DNA from: Marsupella aquatica
Lineage: Eukaryota; Plantae; Marchantiophyta
NCBI GenBank assembly: GCA_973895155.1
Contig: OZ316892.1
Coordinates: 882,917-946,916, forward strand
Direction of reading: 5' to 3'
Length of the DNA: 64,000 nt
The notes under the pieces were generated by a model, which did no database searches, was not told the origin of the DNA, and saw only the letters and a program-made list of their open reading frames with translations. Shown here one piece after another: positions 47,701-60,740 of the stretch (the stretch's first letter is position 1; every line of letters begins with the position of its first letter). Both the position numbers and the translations under genes were made by a program.

Positions 47701-49206
47701 CGGACATATATTCACTTTGCCGTATTCGACTTAGTGCCTTCAGTCTGCAAGGTAAAATTCACTCTACACTGGAAAAAATATGAAAGACTCACGCTCTGCG
47801 TTTGACCAGCATTAGATATTGTCTGCAATCAGTCTTGTTTCTTTGGGGTAGGAGAAGTACCGCAATAGTGGTGGATTTGCTAAGACCTCCGATGTCTTGT
47901 AGTCGGTCTGTTTGAAAGAACAGCTTAACCCTGAATTTGACGATGTTTGTTTGCTTGTTTGTGTAAATTGGTGCCATTTCACAGCTGGAGCAGCACATTT
48001 AAGTGAAGGTTCGCTTGTCCGATCTTGCTTTGAATCTTTGAGCCCTAGTCTTGTGATGATTTAAAAATTAGTCTCTTAATGCTTCCCAGGTTTTGTGACT
48101 ATTCAATGGGTGACTGATGAAGGCAGGGAATTTTTGGTCTTTGTGTTGTCGAGGGAAACCTTTGTTTCTCATCCATCTTTATGTCGTGATCAGGTTGTCT
48201 ACTCTCCAGCTTGCCAACAGATATTAATATCACTACAGGCGTCCCATATTTTATTTGTGACCTGAATGACAACATTCAAGCGCACTGGCCGGGTTCAAAT
48301 TCAGATTTCGTACCAAATAGCCCCCTCAGCCCAGGTAATTCATCTCAGGGCAACATGGGAAAGAATTATTGCAATGACCGCAGTTGTTTTTAATCCGCGA
48401 TGGATACAATGGTATCAATACAAGCTATACAATATCTAAGCTTCAAAAGAGCTGCGTGTCTGTAAATGAACTCCACTATCTCATTTTCACTCTACTGAAC
48501 CCGTAAAGTTCATTCAGTTTGGCCAGTGTAGCGGTAGGGACTGAGGGCTGGTTATAGATAGAAAACTTTCGCAGATTGGGGCACTGAAAAGTACATGAAG
48601 TACTTAGGTGTATACGTTACGAGACACAAACGTTGCTTCTATTATGCAGCTATTTTCATTGTATATGGTCTGTTTAGCCTGTTTGCCCCGTGCCCTGTGT
48701 TCATGGAATAAGACAATGGATTGGGCTAGCAGTAGTTGTACTCTGCAAACAAATGTATGGTCTGTGGAGATAAAAGTCGAGCTTTTAGAATCCAAGATGG
48801 CTTTCGTTTAAATATGTGAGTGGCCATGAGGTCGGAAGAGAAGAACATTTAAGTTTGAAGTCAAAGCTGACTTATTCCTAAGTTAGTCCGAAATCCTGTC
48901 AAATAGTATAAAGCATTTTCCAAGGTGCTTTCTCATGGGCTGTTTTTGGCTTGCAGCTCCTTCACCCTCACAATCAATGCCGTCATTGGGCACTTCATTG
49001 TACAATGGTGAGTAAACTTTTTAATCTTGGCCGTCATGCCAGCTTTTCCTGTTTACTGGAACTTCTACCATGGGACAAATGCTGCGATCAAACGACATTC
49101 CGGGATTGAAACAGTTTTTGTTTGTATGTTGGCAGGTTACGGACGGACTACTATCGTCTTCGCCTTGACTGCTCTAGCTGTGTCTCTAAGTATGTCCAGA
49201 ATCTAA
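44780..49206 (+). CDS. GPI-anchored SPARK-domain protein (At1g61900-like); exons about 44780-44825, 45664-46029, 46539-47093, 47506-47751, 47985-48008, 48194-48334, 48957-49007, 49136-49206
   Basis: Signal-peptide-like start, Pro-rich linker, Cys pattern (C..PLA.YVG..MCCPQ, CKVNK-like/CPL, GCLL.SLP, CDLNDNI.A.WP), hydrophobic C-terminus; GT-AG sites keep the frame. Confidence 0.85.
45115..45200. repeat. 21-bp tandem repeat x4 in intron 1
   Basis: gcatctatgggttgtcttttt repeated. Confidence 0.9.
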
Positions 49207-50537
49207 AGGAGGAATACAGTTAGCCAGTCTGGCAAGGACGAAAGCTCTTATTTAGTTTGGTACAAGCCAAACTTTGGGAAGAATGGCTTGCAAGTAGGAC
49301 TTCGAATCTGTAATCTAACGTGTTCGTCTTGGGAAGTTCCCCATACAATTTTCTTAGGTCACTAGCTTAGCCACTATTTGGTGCTTCCAAATTTCAGAGC
49401 CCAGTGTCGTCAATTCGAATTGTAACAAGTTCCTTTAGGGCATCTGGCAATATAATTACAGCAAGATCGATTGCTGTCCATTTGGATCGTGGACAAGGCA
49501 GAAGAAATGGGACGTGGTCTTGATTGGAAGTGTTTCCAAGTTGAAGCCCTCTCTAGCATCGATGAGTCCATGATTGAATATGTATCCAAGTTCACCTATT
49601 GAGGATTTAGAGGCAGATGTATCTCAGCTTGAAATGGCAGTTTTTCTCTCTTCTCACCTCATTGGAGCATCAGCAGACGCAGCACAGAGCAGTAACTTGG
49701 GCTTTCGTCACTATGAGTGGCGAAAGAGAACCACCGATTTGCTGAAGGCACTCGCAATTTACACGATTTGGCATTGTACATTTCATGCCTTCCAAATCAA
49801 TACTCCCGCTGATCTCCAGTCCCCTGTGAACTCAATCAGTCGATTACATAGGTGGATGGCGATTGTTTCCCGCATTTGGCGAACGTGTGGATTGTCCTTG
49901 CCCAATTGGTGGTTTGTGTGCTTTAAATTTAGTTTCTAAACTTCCTTTGTTGAATTAGTATTGGCACAAGGAAGGTTTCTCGACGCGCATTCTATGGAGA
50001 ATCACAATCTTTGCAATTCAGCCTTAACTTCTCACGTGCTCAGGGCCCTATCTTCCAGCCAGTGGATAATGATAATTTGCTCTGCCAGTCCTCAAGTGCA
50101 CAATCTCTGGTAGTTATGCTGATCACAAACAGTCCTCAGTGTCGTTGGGCAGGTACCAATGCGCCATGTACTCTCAAATTTCAGCGAGTATCGTTTGACG
50201 TTGGGCAACCAACACATTGTTTAGCGCTTAGCTGCAACACTGGTCCTCTAGGTTGTCTGGTGGTGGGGCGAGAAGATTTGCATGTAGCACCTGACATAAC
50301 GTCATAATCTGCCTTGTTAACCAATGAATTATGCTACTCACAGGAACCTCTCCACGGTGAGCCTTCGTTAATAAAGTATCGGGAAAGCGAGAATTAAATC
50401 TTCTAGCGCCGAGTTCTCTGCGAAGTCGGTTGGGCTCTCTTGTACAATACCTAGAGACAATCTTTCTCCAAGGCCAGAGAGGGCCTTCACTACGATATCC
50501 ATCTGGGGTCAAGTAACCTATCAACTAAGTCTGCTCA

Positions 50538-51215
50538 TGCTCCTTTTGGAAATAAAATCGTGCACAGAAGATGTCGCATAACATGAACCTCCAGGAGCAC
50601 ATCCCTCGACAGCAAATTCAAGGGTTCTTTCACCCCGGCTCACGCTCCTTTTGGAAATAAAATCGTGCACAGAAGATGTAGCATAACATCAACCTCCAGG
50701 AGCACAACCCTCGGCAGTAAATCCAAGGGTTCTTCCAAACCGGTTGGAAAATGTTGGAACCGGTGTGAAAGGTGGCTTTTTCTCCAGTGGATTTCTCTAG
50801 TTTAGGGTTCTTTCAAACCGGTTGGAAAATGTTGGAACCGGTGTGAAAGGTGGCTTTTTCTCCAGTGGATTTCTCTAGTTTAGAGATTACTTTTGCAGGT
50901 GATCTGGGACCGGTTTGTTTTTTTCCCCGGTGTATAAGCTTGGTGTATAAGCCATTTATGCAGTCCATGGGGATGGGCAGGGATAATGTCCATGTATATG
51001 CCAATTATGCAGTCCATGGGGATGGGCAGGGATAATGTCCATGTATAAGCAATTTATGCTGTCCATGGGGATGGGCAGGGATAATGTCATATAAGCGATT
51101 TATGCAGTCCATGTTAGTCCATGGGGATGGGCAGGGATAATGTCCATGTATAAGCAACAATCCCTTTATGCATCCCTTTATGCAGTCCATGGGGATGGGT
51201 AGGGAGAATGTCTTG
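50538..51215. repeat. Compound tandem repeat block (~105-bp x2, ~78-bp x2, ~50-bp x5)
   Basis: tccttttggaaataaaatcgtgcacagaag.. x2; caaaccggttggaaaatgttggaaccgg.. x2; atgcagtccatggggatgggcagggataatgtc x5. Confidence 0.9.
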
Positions 51216-52796
51216 GTCCATCCTGGATTCTATTCTGCTTTTACTCTTATGGAAGCCTAAAATTGTGGGAAAGTACAGTAACAAGTTGCCCTTGCTTCTG
51301 TACTATAACTCAAACGTGCCTTTTTCAACCATTGTTTGAACTCTAGAAAGTAATCAAAAACAATGTTGAGCATGATCTTGATCATTTAAAAGTTGAGATC
51401 CGGTCTGGCCACCCGAGGACGATGTTTTTGGTTAGCCATTGATGATTCTACAATTAATATACTTCTGGTCTACTTAGTACGCCTCCGAAGGATCTGGACG
51501 TGCAGTCTTATCGGAAATTGGTGGGGTGGGGCCGGAGCTGCAACGGAGATACTACTTGGCAGGGCGTCAATACACCACGCTGGCTTGCCAATGTACTGTC
51601 CTGTAGTTTGCCAATTGCTAGAGGCGCATTTCGGTGCATGCGTTGCAAAACGTCATTGTCGAGAGTGGTGAGGTCAATCCAGCAAGCAACCAAGCTGCGT
51701 GGGTTATTAGACCGCAGTGTTATTAGCAGAGTCTAGTGGAGATCGGAACCTCCAGAGCAACAGAGCAACGAAAGCAGAGTCGAAGTGGTGTGTGACTCCT
51801 TTCGTGGTTTTTTTTTGGGTGATCAGTCCGTCACCCTCTGTCGGATGCATCGGCAGCGCCTTGGACTCTCTGTCACGACCGCAGGAGGACGATCATGACG
51901 ATGATGTGAGATTTTCATCTGATCACAGCAACGATCGGCTAATTCGCCCTCCGCAATTGGTTGTTGGTTGTTGGTTGTTGGTTGTTTGTTGTTTGTCGCT
52001 TGCTCGCTCTCCAATCAGATGAGCATTCATCTTAGGTGCCTCGCAGTGAGACATCATTCTCCTGAGCAAACATTTTGTTGCTTTGACAGGTCTGCAGCGA
52101 GTGTGGGGCTAAGGCATCAGCTTCACAATTCGGTGAGGGCCCTCCATACGTTGTTCCAGCTGGATCGGACGTGTCCATGCCACCACGGTCCTGCTAATGG
52201 GTAAGGCATAGCTGAATCGTCAACTGCAAATTCCTTTGGAGCACAAGAGATTTCTCAGTCTTCACGCATATTGGATTCGGTTATTTGCAAGACTTCAGGC
52301 AGAATGAGGTACAGCCTTGCAAATTGCCAAAGGAGACAAGGAGAGATATGGTGGCATGTTACCCTCTGGTTCGAGCTTATGGAATCCAGCGAGGGTTGTA
52401 TATGGAGCAGCAAACTTGTGGTGTTCATTCTTCTGCATTCCCATGCATCTGGCAAACTTACTTCAGCTGTTTATGTGAAAATCCAGAGTTCATGTTTGGA
52501 GCAGACTGAGAGGAACAAACGCATGGCAAAGCTCTAACTACCAACTTCCAAATCTGAGCGTACCGAAGAGCAATCCCCAGGTTTGCTTCTAATATACGTT
52601 CTGGTCTAGGCACATACTGAAAGATTATACTGAAGGTTCTATTGGCATAATTTACTTCGTCATAGTTGTACACAGTTTCCCTTTCTTGGAGGAGGACCTT
52701 ACGTAAATTCTTATTTTGAGAGTAGCATAGATGACAATGCCATACCGAGCTATCTTCTAATCAGTTGGGTGAAAGTGGGCCCACGACTTCCTGCAG

Positions 52797-55700
52797 AGAA
52801 AAGGAGAATCGGGCAGTTTCGAGCTGTTCCGTTCTGTAGGTCGGACAAGGCTTCAATCTTTATCAACGCATGCGTTCGATGATTCCTCGAAAAGCAACCC
52901 ATCATCCGAGAGTGCTTTCCAGTCCACAGAGAAGAAAAATGCCACTGGAAATTTTCTCTCAAAATTGCTGAAGAACTTATTGAAGGCGTTTGGTGCGCTT
53001 CTTTTGGCGGCAATTCTGGCAGCTGCGGCACTGCCCTCCCTGCTTTCGTGGGTTCCTGGGAGGAATGCTGCCATCTCGTTGGCAAACAAGATGATACCTG
53101 GTAAGGCTCCAGCCTGATTCCAGAATGTTCACTGATTCTTAGCCTGAGTTTTTTTTACAGTATGAATTGCCCTCGAACGCAGAATATAAATTTTGATCTC
53201 TCAATGGAGTTATCTTGAATGGTTAATCGAAAGAAGGAATGCACACTCTGACTTGCAGGTACTGTCAATGTATCATCTGTTTCACTCGGATGGACCAAAC
53301 CATTACTTCTCGAAGGCCTGACGCTTCAAGGAATAGATGGTGAAGATGTTCTCTTGATCCCAAAAGTGGAGTCCAAGGCTTCTCTGTGGTCAATTGTCCT
53401 CGGCAAATCTGGCTTTGGTGAGTGCCTGGTCTACTGTTTGCTGACTATAAATTAGGGCAGAAAGCAAGAAGATCGGAGTATCTCTCTGATCCGATCTGTT
53501 CCCTATGCATCCTGCCTGTGTATGTAAAAAGAAAAGCAGGAACCGGTTACGCCATTCACCTGCATTGTCAAGGTTTACTTTGTCATGTACATCACCCAAA
53601 GTATACATCCAAAAAGATAAGTATAGAGATCACTGCCATCAATGAACTGTCCAGGACCTTCAATTGTGTGAGTTCTATGGGTACAGATAAATAAGTGGGC
53701 CTGATACTGATACAGGGGATTGTACTGTGGAATCTCCTGTCATTGATCTTCAGCAACATCCAAAGGACAATCTTCCTCGGTTGGCTCTAGCCGTAGCTTC
53801 GGCTGACAAACTACTACAAAACAGCAAACGCGCTGAAAAGCAGCAGAAATATGTTGAAGTACCTGCCTCAGAAGCCAGTTTGACTGTCCAAGTGAAAGCT
53901 CCAAATGGAGGCTTCCAGGTTACGAATGGCAAGATTATTTTCCCAAGTGATGCGGGATCCTTGTTGGGGGACAAACTTGTTATTGACGTTGGTCTGGGGC
54001 CTTGGGCTGTAAACAAATGTGAAGAGTTGAAGGATGCAGAAGACAAGAATAAAGGAATGCCTTTGCTTGCTACCCTATGGTCCGAAACTGTTCAGGCAGA
54101 AGCTGTTGGTTTTCTTGAGCAAAAGAATAGCAAGTTGAGGCTAATCAGGCCGCTTAAAGCCGAGGTAGCATCCACTTGCTAGTATTGAAGAGCACAAGTT
54201 TGAAGCTTTTTCCACTATTTAGTTTTAGACTTAATTTGAATGCTTTTCGACATTTGCCAAGAAACTACAAGTAGCCCCCTTTAACTTGAATCATTTTGAC
54301 CAAGGTAACGACAATACGTTTCTTGCGTGGCAGATGGATCTCACACCAGCTGTTGCCAAATTCTATCTTGCTCGTGTCAATCCCTTACTCGGAGAGATTG
54401 CAGGGCCAGCTATACAGGATGAAGATATGCCTGATGTGATTGTTGAAGTCACTCCAATGGGCCTGGAGTTGCCTGCTGATCATTATAAGGTCCACATTGC
54501 ACCGATGAAAGTGGTATGTACACCTAACTGATCTCGGACATAGCCTCCTACCCTTAATATTCCCAAGAAAGAAAATAGTATGCAGATATGATTTCCTCTG
54601 ACACCACAGTAGGCCCTGGATTTCAAATCAGCTTCTCAAGTTTTATATGAAAAATGGTCAACGAACAGGCAGTCATGTTTCATGTTAGTCCCGCTTAAAG
54701 TTTCTCTGCCTTTCAGACTCTGGCTCGAGGGCAGGTGATGGATGGCATACTGTCCTTACTTTCGAAGCAGCAGCTCATGAAGGGCAGGCGAGACCTTACA
54801 ATGGTGACAGCGGCCATTGAGGCGAATGTACACATGCCAAGTACTGTAGAATGTTCAAGACTAGACATCCTTATTGCAGGTCTGAACTCACCTTGATGAT
54901 TAGGGATCTTTCAGCTCGGTAGTGACGACAAACGATCAGGTGTAGGTTTAGGTAGACCTAGCTGAAGTCAGGAGCATGTATGGAAGTTTTTGTTGTTTTT
55001 ACTCATCAGTATTGGAGTGGCACGCTTAACATGTTTAATTGTGTGACCAGATAAAGTACATGTTGCAACCTGGGGGAGTCTGGACTGGATTAGCGAAAAT
55101 GTACAAATGACATTAGCAATACCTGGGAAGTCCTTAAAAGAACTCTTGGGGTTGACAAATGTTCCTGCAAAGTACTACTTGAAGGTTTGATCGACCTATT
55201 CTCTCTCGCAACTCTAGGACAATGACCATTGAGCAGTTTTCAATGCTTCTAGCAACTGAACCCATTGCACTATCAGAAATGATCTCTGGTGAACCTCAAA
55301 CCAACCTAGTACATTGAGGGATCTCCTGGAACCTTGGTCCGACTCCCACTACGTTTTCTGACAATGAAAGTCCTAATTCGTATGTATTATTCACATGTTC
55401 TTGACCAGAAAACATTATTCAGAGCCAAGGTGTTTATTACAGACAGATCCCTTCGTTTCATTATAGTTTGTCATGACATTCCCGACTCTTCAACATTTAG
55501 TATTATCTGGAAGGGATGAAGATGTATTAGTTTCTGTTCCGGGCAACCTTCCTCTTACTGGTGATTTTTCAATAATTGCCGTGCTGCCTGTCTTGGGTTC
55601 TCATTAGCAAGCAAGAAACGGAAAGCACTCTATTTGCGTGAGAGCTAATGATGTCGTTCATCCCGTGCAGATTCCTGTCGGTGGCACTTTTGAGAAGCCG

Positions 55701-55871
55701 CTGGTAGCGTGGAGAGCAGCAGGCGTTGGTATTGCAGAGCTAACTGCTCGTCAACGGGGAGGTCAATTTATGCAGGGTATATTTGATATCTTTGATTCAA
55801 ACGATAAGTCTAAATCACCTGCACCAAAGCCCATTGGGCCCCTTCCTTGGGAAGAGAATGTTGCACAGTGA
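52797..55871 (+). CDS. AsmA-like/beta-groove-type uncharacterised protein, probably organellar; start codon unresolved; exons about 52797-53100, 53259-53417, 53716-54164, 54334-54513, 54717-54879, 55051-55183, 55671-55871
   Basis: Ser-rich leader, single TM (AFGALLLAAILAAAALPSLLSW), GTVNVSSVSLGW..L.LEGLTL AsmA-like N-terminus, C-terminus RLDILIA..HVATWG..IPVGGTFEKPLVAW..PLPWE; canonical splice sites in frame. Confidence 0.75.
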
Positions 55872-58800
55872 CCAGCCCACCAGTGTTAAAGCGGTTGTCG
55901 ACAAAATCAAGGGTACCATGGTTCTTTCACATGTGTTTTGCCCGTATGTTGCATGAGCTTTAAGTTACGAAGGTTTTGGTAGCCGGATGGGCTTCGATCA
56001 GATCTCGAGTAATGTCGAAGATAACAACCAATCTTAGCAGTTGTTTGGGATAGCTTTGTGTGAAAGTGGAAGAAGGTTCTCGACTAGAACCTTCTTCACT
56101 TACTTAGCGAACTTAGAAGCACGGTGGACAAATTTTTTGTTGCACCAAGTGATGTAAATGTCTTTCGCGTGAGCATCTTGTCGACTTCAAGCTTATGTAA
56201 AGAAATGATTTCGAGATAAATTTTGCTATGGCGAAGTGTGGTGTCTGCAACGGGCTTGAAAGCTGCTGTAGGCGCTCCTGTAATCTGCCACACTCGTACT
56301 GATACGATATTAAACCCAGGCTTGAAGCTATGAACAGGCAAGTTGCTGGAATACCGGTCATATTCAGACCATTGACAACTCTCACTCGAACTTGGCTTGT
56401 CTGCTCTAAGGTAAGTGTGGAGTATGGTATCAAGCTGCCTCTCATGAGCCACTACTTCATATCATATTTGATTTAAGAAGGAAACATATCGTAGTGGGAT
56501 CAGCCATGAAAACATGAAAGTTGCATGTTCAATCGTCAGAGACGTTGCTTCTGGGCAGTCAGTCAACTACGTAATAATTTCAGGAAGATGTTATCCCAAC
56601 AGACGGATTTTTTCATTTCGTTGACCCATGATGGTTCTGGGCTGATCTGCCACATTTGATTGTCAGTGGATATCTTTCTTGTCTGCATCTTTGCTAACCT
56701 CAAGTATTCCAGAACCACTATTCAAAAATAGCATGCACATGCACATGCACATTTGTAACATCAAACAAACACACAAAAGAGCTTTCTTAAACTTTACCTC
56801 TCTTGGACATGCCAAGTCTCCACAGACTAAACTCTCTCTATTTCTTAGACAGCTAACACTCCATGACAAGTTTGTTGTATGAGGGCCATGATGGCATACT
56901 AGTTCTAAATATCACATTTCCTGAAAAGGTGGATCATGTGCCCAGTGAACAGTGTATTGCATGTGGGCCTGTCCGTGGCAAGTATCCTGTATGAGCATAC
57001 GAGATATGGGGACTGCCATGTGTTGCCATGCAGGGGCCAGGAGCTGTAACTACACACAGCAAGGCGCAGTCAAAAAGAACCAAGCAAGATGGACCAATTA
57101 CTGAAATTATAGAAACTAGGAGTATGCAGAACCCTTGCCTAACTTGCTCTCTGTCTCAATTACTTCGCTTTAGCTCTCACCCCAATTCTTTCTTACTTTT
57201 CTCTTGCTCCAATTCTTGCCGAAGCTCTTGCCATGACTCTTGCCTCAACTCTCCTTACCTATTTGCACTTCCCATCCTCTATATCTGGGCATAACCTTTT
57301 ACAATATTCATTAATGCGGATTTTGTGCAATAACAACTTTTCACAAAACTTTTTTTGGTAGAGACACTGTTAACAATGGCTAGCTTTCTGCAGGCACACA
57401 TGTTTTGGAACATCCCAGTTTTTGTCAATTGCATTCTGCAACAAGCATGCAGCTGTAATGACAACACTTAAATGCAAACAATGACATGGCCTTTGTGAAT
57501 AACATTCTGCAACAAACATGCAGCTTGTAATGATAACACTTAATGCAAACAATGGCCGCAACGACAACAAGACCACAATGACAACAATAGCACAGGGACA
57601 AGTGTGCAACACCCAGGCACTGGGCTAGTATAATCGTAGTTGTCCTTGATGTCCCTCTTGCTATCGCGAGTTAACTTGCGATTATTGAAGTAACGGCAAC
57701 TCAGCAGCATCTCCTCTTGAGTTGCAACTGTTACAGGCCTTTTCTACCCATGTGAATTTCTGGCCAAATTGACCTCCAGAAATCCTAGTTTCTGATACCC
57801 CACCATGCCTCCTTTCATTGCACATTACGTCTACGCTGTTTCAGATCGTCCGGCCTTTAACCATGCCTTCTCTAAGTTTGCGATATCTCATCGTTATGCC
57901 TCCTGTTCATTTTCAGTTCTCTATCCTGTTTAACATCCTCGTCGTGCCGTCTCTTCATTTACAGTAATCTGTATTCTATTTGAGATCTTTCAGCCCGTTG
58001 GACATCTTGTTGGCCTCAGCCTCATAAATCATAGAGGAATGCCACAGTTCTTGGGCATCTAGTTGACCTGCATCCTCAGAAAGGAGGAATGCCAGCCACG
58101 AAGGCGCTGTTATCCGATAACCATGCAAAAGACGCAGCAGCTATAGCCGAGATTTTAAAACCCATACGCAAGGATTCAATTAAACATCTCGATGCTCCGA
58201 TGACCGTGCAAAAAACACACCGACTATGTTTGAGATTTTACAACCAATACGTAGTGATTCGGTTCACCACCTCCATTGTCAGTAGAAACGCAGGCTCTAT
58301 ACATGAATTGTTATCTTTGAGGAATTAAAAAGTCTTAAAACTGAATGATGGGTATCCTTACACCTGATTCCATTCATCAATCCAAGGGTTACAGTAGGTC
58401 AGTGGAAACTCATGCCTTGGTCGGACGTATTCTGAGATCTCCTTATTTCAGATATATGGTCTTGTAGTATCGATTATCGTAGGGCCAAAGCTAGAAATAA
58501 GGGCAGGCTTTGAATCAGGACTTCGTGCGCAATGAGAGGGATGGTTTATTCTAGGAAAGAATTGCTATTTTTCACAGCAAAGACGATAAAGCATCGTTCA
58601 AATTAGAAATTCGAGAAAACCACACATCCAATACCATCCAAAGGCAAGCTCATATTAGTTACTTCTCCTCCTGCCGCTAGAGATTAAGTCGCATCTCATA
58701 AAAACCAAACTTGCTGTATAATCTGCAGAGGTCGTTCTCGCATCGAGCACGGGGCTTTTATTGAAATCTGACACAAAATACTGTAAAAATGGAGTCTACA

Positions 58801-60740
58801 TCTCACCTAAAGTGCATGGAGGAACTATTACCATCCTCCACGTTCACCCTGCTTTCATTGGTAGTCGTAAGTTCCAAACTTAACAATATTTCTCCTCCAA
58901 ACCACAGTAAAGTGTTCCCTGAACATCTGAAGGAGACACTTTCGTACGCAACTACACTTATAACCATGAGAGATCTCGTGTGACATAAACTCCGTATAGA
59001 CCCAATAGCTTTGCACATTTGAAGGTAGACCCAAAGAAGCTTTCTGTTGTTACCAAAGTCTACACTTGATGCCGAGAGGAAAATATCAAAATTCCTTACT
59101 CATGTCCAGAACGTACTGTGAACAAGGCGATAACGAGACCTTCCATTATGTTCTCACAACACCGCTGCAGCTTCCATAGACACCAGATTTTACTGAAACA
59201 CATCTACAACACATGGGAAAAAGTGTCAAAAGCATTGAATTTGACATAAAGTTACCTGGTATCTCTACACGACAGATTCAATGCATAGAATGAGGACGAC
59301 CTGCACCACTAGCACCCTGGAAACACTACTCATAAATTATGAAAAAAAATATCTCCACTTCAAGAACGGACTGTAGCTACCAAGCACGCCAAGAACGTAT
59401 AGCTCTCTAAATTCTGGCCAATATTCCCAGTGTAATCACAGGAGGGTCGTCAACAAGTAGCAACAGAACATCGTTCTTCAACAACCCGGCAAGATTTGTA
59501 CAAAATATGATTATTGAACAAGAAAGGCTCCCCCTACCCCATGTCTGTGTAACACGGGTCTACTCCGAGCCGCCAGTAGCCTTACACAGAAGATTCGCTC
59601 AGAACCTCAGACCCAGTAATTCTTTAACTCATCTAGTTGACCCCATCCAAGTGTTTCCACATTTTCAAGGTGTCCTTGGAAAATGGCTATGTAGTAGTTA
59701 CAAAGCCTTGTCACCGCTGCCCAATTCTGAGTCTTTAATGCTCTACAGCTCACAAAAGTCTTTCAATCTATCGCCCAATCGGATGCATTTGCTGTAGGAG
59801 AAATGATCTGATCGGTAATATTCTCCAAATCTTCGGAAAATCTGTTGACAGCTAAGTTAGACTTGTCGAACGGAAGGTCTTGTACCCACACAATTTGTGG
59901 TAGCTGTCCTGCTGTATTTTCCACTCTTTCGACTAACCCCAATGCCACTATCCGGAGCACCTAAGTGGTGTAGAGGAATGACGGATAAGTTATTTCCAAA
60001 AACTTCTCTGCCACTACGAAAGAGGGGGCATACGGAGCGAGGAGCTTGTACAGATAAATTATTCACATTCACAATAGTTAAATCGTAGGAAGCAGGTCAG
60101 CTTGGGGAAGTTGGTTCCCCATTGGTTGAATTATAAAGAGGAAGCGTACAATCGGAAAGGTCAGAATGTAGTATGTGTAGCGGGATACAGTCAAGAATGC
60201 ACTCTGTACGGCCCCAGGTTTACCCCCGTTAATTGATCTGGGCTAACTGGCCAACAATCTACACAAAAGGATCTGACTAAGGTTCGCTGAGGCTCTTGCA
60301 AAAGAGTAGTTTTGTCCGATTTTTACAGCCCATCCAGCTTCAAGTGGACTCATTCTTTCCCTCCAATTGTTCGGTTCGAACTCAGTGACTATCAAACAAC
60401 AACAGACAAGTTTGTGCAACATAGCTTGCACAAGCCCAACAAAGGCAGCTTCTTTCAATCCCCAGAGTGCATTCCAAATTCCTGATGCTACCAAGCAAAA
60501 TGCCTAATATGAGCAAAACATTACTGGAATACTCCCAACCGTCTGTGTGCACTGTGATGAACACTTTTCCCTCTTCCGTAACAGAGAAATAGGAAAACAA
60601 TGAGATGCTCTCCCTTCTGCATTCAGTCGTGAAAAGGATCTAATGTTTGAGTGGTAGGCACAAACATCAAAGAATCAAGATACCGTGTGAACATGAAAAC
60701 AGTGACATGCCGCTGACAACATGAAATGAGAGATGTGACA

